Origin: Ramazzottius varieornatus
Lineage: Eukaryota; Animalia; Tardigrada
Assembly: GCA_001949185.1 (NCBI GenBank)
Contig: BDGG01000015.1
Span: forward strand, 749,036-813,035
DNA length: 64,000 bases
Direction: 5' to 3'
Shown here: piece after piece, positions 28,466 to 39,370 of the stretch
How positions within the stretch are numbered: position 1 is the stretch's first letter
Layout of the letters: each line of letters starts with the position of its first letter
Notes under the pieces: generated by a model
Told to the model about the DNA's origin: nothing
Databases searched by the model: none
The model's input: the letters and a program-made list of their open reading frames with translations, nothing else
Made by a program: the position numbers and the translations under genes

Positions 28466-29610
28466 TTATCTTCTCCACAGTTGGACAGCGCGTCCAGTGT
28501 TGACACACGTTTGCAACAGGCCTCTGTGCTGGAGAGACTCAGAGGACTCGGATGTCAGGGTGTCGGTGGTGGTGCTTAAGCCGCCGTCGGTCACCGGACC
28601 ATCCGGCTGTGGCGGCGGTCGTATGGACTCGGGGTTGGTGTTCTCACTCAGAGCTACTCCAGCCACCGCCGCCAAGTTCCTTTCCGACCCCACTTTGAAG
28701 CGAAATACCAGCTAGAAAAATGATTGAAATTAACCAACTTGAAAACAAAAAGACGTGACAATGATACGAGTGTTGACGAGGACAGTAGTACTCGATATGT
28801 AACCTGGGTTGTGGTCGTTCCCGCTTCCGGACACAACAGCAAGACGTGGTACTTCCAGCTGACGGCATTGCGGTAAGATCCGATGACCACGTCAGAACCT
28901 CTGGGAGGATGGAGAAGTAACTCGACCGTGTTGGCACTCAGTTCGAACTTTTGCTGGAGAATGAAGAAGGAGAGAATTCGCGGAGCGGTCAGCGTGAAGG
29001 GCTCACTGCGAAGCTCCGCCCACGATTCGTGTTTCGACGTCACATATGCATACCCAGCATAACCTGTGCCAACCCAAAAAGCTTTATTCACATTTCCGTG
29101 ATACCTTCCCTCACAAACTCGACGTAAATAAATTCTCATTCAGATTCTAAATAAGAAAATGTCTTGTTCACGATCGTTTTTCCAAGTGGCGTACGCTCTC
29201 AGCTAAAATTACTGGCAACGTGCACCACTTGAGAAAACAATGGGTCCCGGCACGATCGTTTTTTGAGTGGCGTACATCTTTAGCCAGCAGCAATGAAAAT
29301 GTGCGCCATTTAGGAAAAGAGCCATATTCAATTGGTTTGCCGATGTCGACCTAACTGAAGGATTGTTAAGTAAACCTTGAGCTTTATTACCTTCCGGCGG
29401 ACGAATGTTCAGCACCGACTCCGTTGTCCAGGCCCACTGGCTTCCAGAGACAGTTCCGGTCCAGCCGCAGAGATTACTGGTAAAGTTGCATGTAACAGTG
29501 TTGGTGCTTCCCAGACCATCTGCTCGGTGCAAGGGAATCGCATGCAGAAGGCTGAAGGTGCCGAACAAAAGCACACTGATGCCTCCAAGTCCAGCTATGC
29601 TTCTGATCAT
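28466..29610 (-). CDS. Secreted single MAM-domain-like protein, 3 exons
   Basis: Signal peptide; TCNFTSNLCGW...WAW...GYAYVTS...AELRSEPF...LSFF...SWK...LVFRF..AVAGVAL follows the MAM pattern. Confidence 0.75.
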
Positions 29611-31647
29611 CCTGCCCGTTAGCGTGGTAGAGACCTGCTCCGCAGGGAGAAAGCAATCTCACGTGTCGCGACAATAGTATAACCCTGACCTTGATCGGCC
29701 ACACACCGGCCTTAATTCTTGGCAAAGGTTTGTCGAAATATATCCACCTGCAAAGGCCTCACGTTTACAAGTGTGACTGATTGTTCAGCATAATCAGCCG
29801 TTTCTTGAGGACTTTTATACGTATCCGTTTGAACCTGGAGTAGCCGCCGTGATTGAGGAAGTTGACGAGGAACAAGACAATGGACGGGCCGCCACAGTCT
29901 ACACGGTTATCTAGCCAGGAGGAAGTATGCCGATTGTTTCTGGCGGTTCCACCATGTCCCACTTTGTCCAGGGCACGCGTCGCGTACATTTGGCTGCGAC
30001 TTCGCACTGACGAACACTGCAAACGAATTAATCTGCGAACTTTGAAAGCGTGTCTACTATTCAAATACATCATTCACGCACCATGCATACGGATACCGAG
30101 AAGCATCGTACTCTGTGCGGCCAAGATCAAGTCCACATGTCCGACTCCATGTACTAAAATGTAAGTTGTGAGCCAACGTCGAATGCGGAAGAGTAGAAGC
30201 CGCAAACGAAGAATGGTCGTGCTGACGAATGCGCAAAGTGGGCTTTCGTCCTTTGTGGAACGTGACTTCCTCATGCCTGGACTTGCCAGATAATGACCAA
30301 CGGGTTATGATTAGCCCATATGACGCAAGAGCTGACGACACGGACTGTGCCGCTGTTGCTCCGCGCTTGCGATCCCTCGGATAGGCAACAAGCATATTAC
30401 TCCTCATGATCTATCTAGCAAATAGAAATAACATACTTTGACACGAACCCCACAGAACGATGGCCCCGCATCTGGCCCTTGTCCGAATCGACGTCACACG
30501 CCGGCGTTTGAGCAAAGCCTTGCTAGCAGGGTTCTCCGCTACAATGGCTTCGATTTGAAGAACATGCAGTCGACCTTCGTTCACAGCTGCATGCCGGTCC
30601 TCCAGCCAAAAATATCATTGCCTTTGCGACTGGAACGCCGAGAATGATAGATGGGATTAGACGCCGATGAGAATATTGACGAACTTCTAATTCGTGAGGG
30701 TCTTGCCCAGCGTACGGGAGTTGCTGTCATAACGACCTGGGCTTTATTCTGCCTCTGTTTGCTGGTCTTGCAGGCTTTTGGCAGACAATGCAGTGACTGT
30801 TGTTCAATATACCCATTGTGACCTTTCTGGTTGCTGACCCTCTCATTTGCTGGTAAATGGCCCGCCGTTTCCCAGCCAGAAGAACTGTACCATCATACAG
30901 GGAACAACGAAATCGACCCACACCATTCCTAACTGTACTATCCGGACCATGCGGTCGCCCTTGTCACCTCTGCAGCAGCAACTACCGCGCCCTCTGTCCG
31001 TCTTCGACAGCGCCCGCACGACAGTGAGGAACAATGCTATTGCTCTTGGAAATTCAGCGTCTGCACACGTATGATGGGAAATTATGGGACGGTAAATATT
31101 ACGCTGGAAAGAGGTTTTGACTTGTAGTGGAAGGGATCATAGGAATACATCTGAAGTCGGCCAAAATCGGCTTGACAATGGTCGAGCGTTCTGACTTATC
31201 GTGCGCGCCTTTTGACTGTTCACATACCGGCACCAACTCACCTGTGACCTGCCTAAGAAAATCACACAAAACTCACAAGGGAAGAATTAAGAAAACAGTG
31301 CTAAAGCGCTACAAGATGGAAAACTTTGCCTGAAGCCAAATACCGCAAAAAAGGTTTGACGCATAGCACCGTCGCGAAAGTTGCTTGACCACTTGGCGTT
31401 AGCCATGTGCTTCTCCATCCATCTTGCGAAGATGCTAGTCTATTCTGTCTCGGCCATCAACGAGCTGTAAAACGTGTATCCACATTCACGCTTGCGTAGT
31501 GCGTACTTTATATTTGAAAGTCAATACAGACGTTCAGTTTCCAACATTGCAAAATAACTTCCCACCTTGCACCCTCGACCAGTTTCCACTTTGTGACCAT
31601 TTGAGGAAAGTGCATCGGCAGGAGCTTTTCCATCTTGCGGGTCAAAG

Positions 31648-32387
31648 ATGGGCCTGGTCTTCTCGCGTGGAGTCGGACAGCCTCGCTTCAACCCAGGATA
31701 TCTCAAGGGTCTCGGTGGAGTATTAAAAGTGCTGGAAGTTGTCTTCGCCCTCATTGCATTCATCCTTGCCTTCAGCGGATACTTCAACTATGGCTACTTC
31801 TTCAATTCGGCGGGATGGGTCAAGTTCGCCACCGGTGTGGCATGGATCAGCAGCTTCCTCTGGTTGATCATGTACATGTGCAACATGTACCCCTGGCTGC
31901 TGTACGAAGCCATCTTTGATTTCATCCTGGCCGCCATGTTGCTCATTGCCGGAGCTGTCATGATCCGAGGTACCATCCAGCAATCCCAGCCCCAACGAGA
32001 TGGGCCAATCTGCTATTGCATAGCGGAGCATTGTACAAACACATTACAGTAAAACTTGAAAGGAGTGTTCTCGATCGTATTACTGAACAAAACTTGTTGG
32101 AGAAAATACAGTCTTTCCAACAGAGATAACTCATCGAAATCGAAGCCGTAGAATCCGTCAGGAGAAATAATTAGAATGATGAATCTCCCACAAACTTTGC
32201 ACTGATCGTAGGAGCCGACTTTGATTCGACGCGAGGAGCTTGTGTATTTTTCTGCTGGGCCGCCATGATTGTCTACATCATCGACGGCATCTACAATTTA
32301 CGGTTGAGAAGAAGTGGAGTGACCAACGCGAGTATCGGTAGCGGCAATGTTGTGACCACGACGCAGACCACCGTTATCAAGACATAA
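31648..32387 (+). CDS. MARVEL-domain tetraspan protein (plasmolipin/CMTM-like), 2 coding exons
   Basis: FNPGYLKGLGGVLKVLEVVFALIAFIL...; four hydrophobic helices; last exon GACVFFCWAAMIVYIIDG; intron at about 31970-32211. Confidence 0.85.
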
Positions 32388-32575
32388 GCATCAGCCTTTA
32401 TTTCATCTGACAATTTTTATTGGTGCCAAATGACGAATGCTCTAGTACTGTACAAGTCATGAAAAGAAAGTGCATTTTCTACTGTATTCAAAATGTCATG
32501 GTTGTGCTAGTAAACTGTAACTTTTTTGAGTTCATCAAAAAACAGAGTGGCAAGAGTAAAAAGACGACAACAGAT

Positions 32576-35459
32576 TCACATTTCCATTTGGTCGGAAAAG
32601 CCGTAAACTTCCATGACGGATGTTTCAAATTCGCCGCGTTCGCACAGCGGCGCATTATCGAAGGTTAGGCAAGGACTGGAGAAGCCGCGAGCCAGACTAC
32701 CCTCGAAGCCGATGGCCATACCGCCACCTCCGCCGCCGATCGACAGGTTGTGACTGTCGGCGGCCAAGAATAGGCTCGACTCGGCCGTCGTCCGCCGTCC
32801 GCACAGACCGACCCACGGATACAGCCGCAGCTTCGGGTCAAAGACAAACAAGAAAGTTTCACCCGTTCCGAAGAAAAGATACTCGCGTTTCTGAAAAGTA
32901 TCACGTACAATCGTCAGTAAAGCTTTTCGCACATTCGGAAGCTTACCAAACGAACTTGGAAAGATTATTTTCCCATGTGGCGCATGTTTTCAGTGTTACC
33001 GGCGGGAAGCTTGCGCCACTTGGAAAGCGACCATTCTTGTCAAGTTTGCTTGTTGTCCCAAGTGAGGCACGCTTTGGTTATCAGTGGCTGAAGGCGTGGC
33101 CCGCTAGAGAAAGGAATCTCGCCACGTTTGTGGCCGAGGTTTCCATTCTTAGCAAACGATTTCCGTGTGAACTTACTCCGAGAGTCCGTTCGCCCCAGCT
33201 GCTGCCGCAGAAGGCCCCAAAGATTTCTCCCTTCATGGTTTTCACCACCATGATTGTGGAAGAATAGCCACTGACTGTGGCTAGAAAGTTACTAATGCTC
33301 GTTCCGTTCTCATCGGTTGAGAAAATCAGGAAGGGTTGGTATATACGGTTGCGGAACGGGAGGAAAAGCCACAGCTCTTGGAACTGGAAAAGCATACCAG
33401 TCAGAAAAATTAATACTGGAGAAAAACGGAATGAAACCTAGCTTGTGATACTGGTGCGACTACATGAATATACTGGTGTACCTGGGGATATGCAAGGATA
33501 GTTCCGACAGGATTCAACAAAAACGCCGTGGAACTCTTGTTCTTTTTCAGGGCTGGTTCTGCTGGTACGGTTAGGCTGGTCTTTGGTGTCCGACGGAAGA
33601 GTCCGGCTGCGGACAGGGACCGCGAGGACTTTAGAGGCCTCAGCTCGTAATCGGCCGTTCTCGGGGTGACGATCCTCGGCGCTTTGGACTGGCTCTTCAC
33701 CAGCCTGTCCGTCAGACTGCCAATGTACAGGAAAAAGTTGATGGCGTAGTTGAGCAAGCAGATCATGCTGACGACAGGCCACCACAGAGCGATGAAGTCC
33801 TCCGAAAGACTTATGGCGCAACTCGGATAACTATCCAAAAAAACAAAAGAAAGATGAAATGAACATAACGAATAAGGACGGGAGCTCGGTAAGGTCGTTT
33901 GTCCCAAGTGGCGCCCGCACTTAGCCGGTAACACTAACAACTTGCGCCACTTGAAATTGACAAACTCGACAAATTATATTCACCAGGTGGCGCACGGTTT
34001 CAGTCAAGAACACTGGATGAGAACATGCGCTACTCGGTTCAAACGATCTGGACGGGTTTGTCTGCCGAGCTCTCACATATAAAATCGGGTAAAACCCATA
34101 AAAGAACTATGAATGGAAAATGGAACTTGGGAATAGAGGAAGAGAGTTTCTGTAGTTCTCGTACCTGGCGAAGCGAATGGTGAAAGTGAAGAGTAAGTCG
34201 GGTAACTGTGTTACGAAATAGAGAATACACGACCGATGGAGCATGGTCCATGTCGGCACAACACCCTGCGAAGCATCTCGTTCGCCAGCTAAACGGACAA
34301 TAGACAACGCCACAAAGACCAGCAAGAGTACTGTGAAGGTGATGGCTTGGACAATGAGTTCGTAGTGAAAGAGCCCGCTGGACTGGTGGACGCGCGTGTA
34401 TTTGTGGAACCAGTCGACCAGCAGCACCACCCGACAGCTCGTACTCTCGCCATTAGTCACCTCTTGCATTTGCACCAGTGCACGTTGGTAAAAAACAACA
34501 TGGGGAATCGACACAACGACTGCGACAATGGACAGAACAATACAGACAATCACCGCTTGTTTCGCTTTTGTCTTCGCGGGAGAAATGCGCCATTTTGTCG
34601 GGAGAAGCAGTCTTTCAACGATGGACGCTATTAAAATCCTGCAGAAAGACAAACAAAGAGATAAGTAAAACAAGGTCGAGTGAAGTTGAATTTACGTCAA
34701 TTCGGTTGCTCGAAGACCTTATCGTACCAGCTGGACATCAAGATAATCGTCTGCTGAACCCAGACTAGTATTCCAAGAGTGCGTTCCATGGCGTCCATGT
34801 ACTGCATGTTCAGTTGGACCTTCGGAAAGTACGTTCCGGCGTATCCCGGGATGTGAAGCCATCTGGAAAGAACGAAGGAGCAGATCAGAACAAGCCAGCC
34901 ACTCTTATCGCGAGTTTTGCTCAACTCGCGCATCGAGTCAGTTATTGAACAGCCGCAAGTGCGCGACTTCGAACAGTAACAGACTCCGCGATGACCTCAC
35001 AGCACATTTGGTACGCCGTATGGTTCTACCAGCCCGTTTTGGTCGCCATGGGGACCACTAGACAGTTTGACGGGATGGTCGACCATAGTCCCATTCAATA
35101 CTGATTGTTTGCTTTGGTCAGACTTACAGAACAAAGACATTGGCCAGGCATAAGCTGGTCAAGTAGACAATCAGTGATTTCCTCCGGATTTCCCTCATGA
35201 AGGTATGAATGTAGAAAAAGTTCCCGACGGTGCCTAGGATTAGGAGGATGGGAAAGACGGCTTGGGCAATTTGAGTCGTCGAATGGATGCCTGCATGCTC
35301 CAGCTGAGTTCCGTTTGCATAGTCCAGTTGCCTGCCGCAAGTGTCCACTTGATTGGTCGATGCATTGACTAGCCACAGTCCTGCAACACGGCGAGTAACG
35401 GGATCAGCTGATAGCGGACACGATGACGATGGCGTCCCTTTCTCCTCTCCTCCGTCCAT
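32576..35459 (-). CDS. Class A 7TM receptor fused to a C-terminal TLDc domain, 6 exons, ~603 aa
   Basis: Exons 35459-35128, 34862-34728, 34638-34165, 33830-33482, 33383-33177, 32890-32576 (1812 nt; all GT-AG; phases 2,2,2,0,0 consistent). 7TM motifs LGTVGN, YLTSLCLAN, SSWILIASIVER, SIPH, FVTQLP, NYAINFFLY; TLDc motifs LWLFLP..LIFSTDENGTSI..EIFGAF..FFGTGETFLF..LSIGGG..SPCLTFDN..EVYGF. Confidence 0.8.
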
Positions 35460-36603
35460 TTTCCTCGTCCTTCAGGACGCTAAAGGATCACATGATGCAA
35501 CAGGTGAAAGGATGCCTGGAAGCAACAGGTTAGTGGAGGCATTTTTCTAATTATAAAAACTGATCAGCCGATCTGAAAGCAAACAGTACAAACTTGCGCA
35601 GCACCGCTTTCTATTCATGGTTTTGACTGCGCCAGCACCGACTGCAAACTGCGAAGCAGTCATGCTTGACGACTTTTACCGTGCTGCATTTTGTTTGCTG
35701 GTCCTCTGCTGCGCAGTTTTGATGACTATCTACAAACTATACACAGCAAGTTGGGCTTAGAGCCTTAGACACACAGACCGTTGCTTTGTATTCATAGTAA
35801 GGTACCATATAAACCGTGCAAACGAGCAGCGAGAACGAATAGATGCTTGAGACTTTCAGGCGGACGAGGAATAAGAATAGCCTTGAGGCTTTCCACAGTG
35901 AGCTCTGCCAGGCTGTGAATGAAAGTGTCTGAACGGAAACTGTCCAGGCAGATCAGCCGAAAAAAAACTGCTGTATTCCCTCGATAGTTCTGCGAATTGC
36001 GTCATTATGCCAGTAAATTACACCCGCACTGGTATTCCTGATTGTTTGATTGTCGCCCATCATTACACTTGACTGAGGAGCAGTCTTTGATTGGAGGTAT
36101 AGATACTTTCTGTTCCCCGCCGGATAATATTTACCATGACAGTCACGTGATTCGCAGAACTTTCGAAAGAATACAGTACATGATGCGAAATCGGGATTCG
36201 GGAAGCTCTTCCCGCTTTCCCGCTGACGAGACAACCAGTTCGCGCATGGCGTCAGTGGGAATATTTTTCTAACCCACGCACAATACGGTTGAACAAGCGG
36301 ACTATGACGTCTGCGCGAATTAATTTAGGGCAGCATATCTTGTTCTCTTGATTGGCCATTATGATGGAGAAGCTAGAATATTTTTTTAGTCACAGTAGAT
36401 CTCCTTTTTGCTCAGAGACACCACGATACGTGCAGAGCACAATAACGTCGATAGCAAATTATCCTGGTCACGATGACTAAAACTCAAGGTGAGAAAACGT
36501 TTCCAAATTTCGAAAAAAGTAAAACAAAAAAGAAGCCTAGCACAACGTCGATTATTCAAGAACTGAAAAATGTGTTCATTTTTCCGGGTTTTCAGGCAGA
36601 ATA

Positions 36604-37812
36604 TCATCGGGAGCTCGAGTCCCTCCGAAGTTGGTTCAATACTGCTTCGGCGTCGGCGAAAACCTCGGTATACCTTGGCTGCCTGTCGGACTCTGAGGTA
36701 CGTGAGGTTCTCTTTAGCCTGGTTGCCACGCGTTGAGGTGGACGCTGCTCTTGCTGTATAGATTGTCGCTGGCAAAGCTGCTGTTCCTGGTGTGTTTGTG
36801 ATTGTTGCTGTTGCGGTTGTTGAAATTGCTGGTGGCCCCGCTGTTGGGAAACTTGTGGTGGTGGCGGTGGTGGTGGTGGCGGCTGCTCTGTGGCTGTCTC
36901 CACGTACAATTGCTGTTTTTTCAAGAGTGTCGACGTGGCCGAAGACACCGACGATCGTCGTCTGGAAACTTCAACGGGAAGGACCATTTCTTTCGGTACT
37001 TCCGGTTCAACCTCGAACATCTGGCTGACACCTTGATGAGGTCCCATGATCTCTTCTACAATAGCATTTGCGATTACGTGAGTGTTGGCAGATTCGGTCG
37101 AGTTCCTCTTGGATGGCTGCTGACGAAGAGCCTTCGGTCCAGCGGACGATACAGCAGAGTTCACTTCCGCAGGTGGTTGAATAGTGGACTGTGTCTTCTC
37201 AATCGGTACGAGTACCGAGATCTTTGAAGCAACTTTACCGGTAAACGGACAATTAAAATCGGCTTTGACAGGTGTCGAAGGAGCACAAGGGCATTTTAAC
37301 GGAGGTACAGGCTTGACAGAACAGTCTCTGGGAACGAAAGGGGGCATCGGCTCAGGAACCCATTTGGGCGGACCTTGCTTGATGAGGCTGGCAAAGTCGA
37401 CAATGGTCTTCCTTCGGGCGAAAATCATGTCTTTCAACTGTACCATGTCTTCAGCCACTTTATCGAGTATACCATCGATATTGTGTATGCGAGGTGGGAT
37501 AGCTTCTAGCCGGGTTCGTAGCTGTTCGATCTCGGGATCAGGGACCAACTTGCAGGCAGGGACGGGGTCTTCCAGGCACGGACACTCCCAGTCCGCTTTG
37601 AGTACTGGTTTTTGACAAGGAGAAAGGTGACGGGTACTTTCTGGTCTCGGAAGGGAGCTGCTGTTCGGCTTGGGACCATTTCGACAGGAGTGGTTGTCCC
37701 GTCCTTTTTCGGGAAGGCTTTCTTGCCCGGTGTAAAATGCGTGGGCGGCCATGGCTGTTTTGTTGTGCGGATCATGGAAACTGAACCTTTGGACATCTCG
37801 TCCTGTACGCAT
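36604..37812 (-). CDS. Hypothetical Pro/Gln-rich protein (~400 aa), no recognised family
   Basis: 1.2-kb uninterrupted ORF with a helical segment (IEQLRTRLEAI..ILDKVAEDMVQLKDMI), polyP and polyQ; true start uncertain. Confidence 0.65.
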   Translation of the reverse strand: MRTGRDVQRFSFHDPHNKTAMAAHAFYTGQESLPEKGRDNHSCRNGPKPNSSSLPRPESTRHLSPCQKPVLKADWECPCLEDPVPACKLVPDPEIEQLRTRLEAIPPRIHNIDGILDKVAEDMVQLKDMIFARRKTIVDFASLIKQGPPKWVPEPMPPFVPRDCSVKPVPPLKCPCAPSTPVKADFNCPFTGKVASKISVLVPIEKTQSTIQPPAEVNSAVSSAGPKALRQQPSKRNSTESANTHVIANAIVEEIMGPHQGVSQMFEVEPEVPKEMVLPVEVSRRRSSVSSATSTLLKKQQLYVETATEQPPPPPPPPPQVSQQRGHQQFQQPQQQQSQTHQEQQLCQRQSIQQEQRPPQRVATRLKRTSRTSESDRQPRYTEVFADAEAVLNQLRRDSSSR

Positions 37813-38075
37813 CCTTTAATCGTGGTGTGAACGCACAACAGTACTTGAAGATTCAGATGAAATGTTCGTGGAGAAATCAATAGTTCTGTAGAAAGCAGTG
37901 GGTAAATAGTACGGTTTGAAATTTACATGTTCAATACTGGCTTGATAATACTACAAGAAAATGTACAGGGTGGCGTCTACATCGAGGAAAAAGTCGTTCG
38001 AATAAAAGCCGTCGGGAAGTTGTGAAACGTTGTCATGTTGACAGGAGTCTTGCGAAGAAGGGGTACTTTCAACTT

Positions 38076-39370
38076 TCAGAAGGAAAGGGCTTCGGTGCTG
38101 GTCCACAGTCCTATGAGAGGTCCAAAAAAGACAAAGGTATCTTCTGAAGTTTGCTTTGAGTATGATGCTTCGCTATTCCGTAAGTTGGGTTCTGCAATGG
38201 AGGAAGATGGGCAACCACTGTGAAGACCGAGACTTATTTTTACAGTTGGTACATTCCATGGTGGATTCTCAATTACCTTACCAATGTGAATGGGAACAGG
38301 TGCAATGACAGAGATGTGTGGTCTCAGCACGCCTCGTACTTCCAAAACGTAGCTTCCCGCTCGTCGGATGCGTATGTCAGAGAAAGTGGCCACTGAAGGT
38401 ATTCGTGGGCCTTGTGGAATCAGGGACGCAACGGCAGCTCCGCTGACTTGAGCACTTCCGCCTTCCATTGAGTGAACCACCAGCTGCACATTCTCCCAGG
38501 CGTCGGGGTTGGACTGTACAGAAATGGCCGAGATGCGACACTTTTCCAACCCGGTCTTCGTCGGTAGGATTAGCCATTCCAAACTGGACAGATTAGCCAC
38601 TACAAAACAAAGCTGTGTGGCTGTTTTCAGCCAGACTGGTCGAATGCGAGCTCAGCAAACAAACGCGATAACATCTTTTTCTCAAGTGGCGCACGTTGAC
38701 AGTGTCACTGGTCGAAAGCGTGCGCCACTTGTAAAAAACGATCTTGTCGAGTTGCTCGTTCTTAGAAGTGGCGCACATCCTCAGTGTTATTGTCTGAAGG
38801 CGTGCGCCACTTGTGAACATGATCTTCGAAGTTACGAACCTTTTTTGGGGATGTACGCTGGAAGTCTGGCGACAGGTGGCACTACGTTTCCTGGGTGCCT
38901 TATGGGAAACACAATCTGCGTATGGGACTTTCGGAGATCGTCCGTCCACTGGTGTTGTCGCGATAAAATCCAGTGGTACAAGTCTCGCGCATATCTCTTG
39001 AGACTTTTGTGTCGGAACCCAAAACAGGAGAGGCTGTATGGGCGGAAGTCCGACTCGTTCTCGCCGTTGATTGCGCCGTACCGGTTCTTATCGAGGCTTT
39101 TTTGGAAGAACTGAACTTCTTCCTCCCCTTCCGAGTCCTGTAGTGAAAAAATTTTTTGGAATTCTCTAGCGGTCGCTTGTTTTTCCACAGGTTCGTGGCG
39201 AGGAAAGAAAAGTCAAACACGAGCGAAAGTCGGCCGGCTACGTTATCAAGGCAAAGGTCAAAATATTGCGGTATACATACCTGATGACCAGTCCCATCGC
39301 TGTTGGTGCTGTGATTTGTGGTATATTTTGATCCCAAAAGTAGCGGAACGTTTTCCAGGTCTTCATCCAT
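38076..39370 (-). CDS. Hypothetical multi-exon protein with a beta-rich C-terminal region
   Basis: Plausible exons ~39370-39281, 39139-38840, 38599-38282 and a last exon ending at 38111 (or read-through to 38076); segment VATFSDIRIRRAGSYVLEVRG. Confidence 0.5.

Noticed and set aside
29750-31100. Scattered ORFs, including a NIDELLIREGLA (Tudor/SNase-like) fragment near 30.68 kb
   Set aside because: Fragment too short and interrupted by stops; no supportable model.
38509-39114. Apparent protein family with recurring KWRT, SVRHL, QVAH, KRAPL and SGAH motifs across many ORFs
   Set aside because: These are translations of the non-coding palindrome in different frames.
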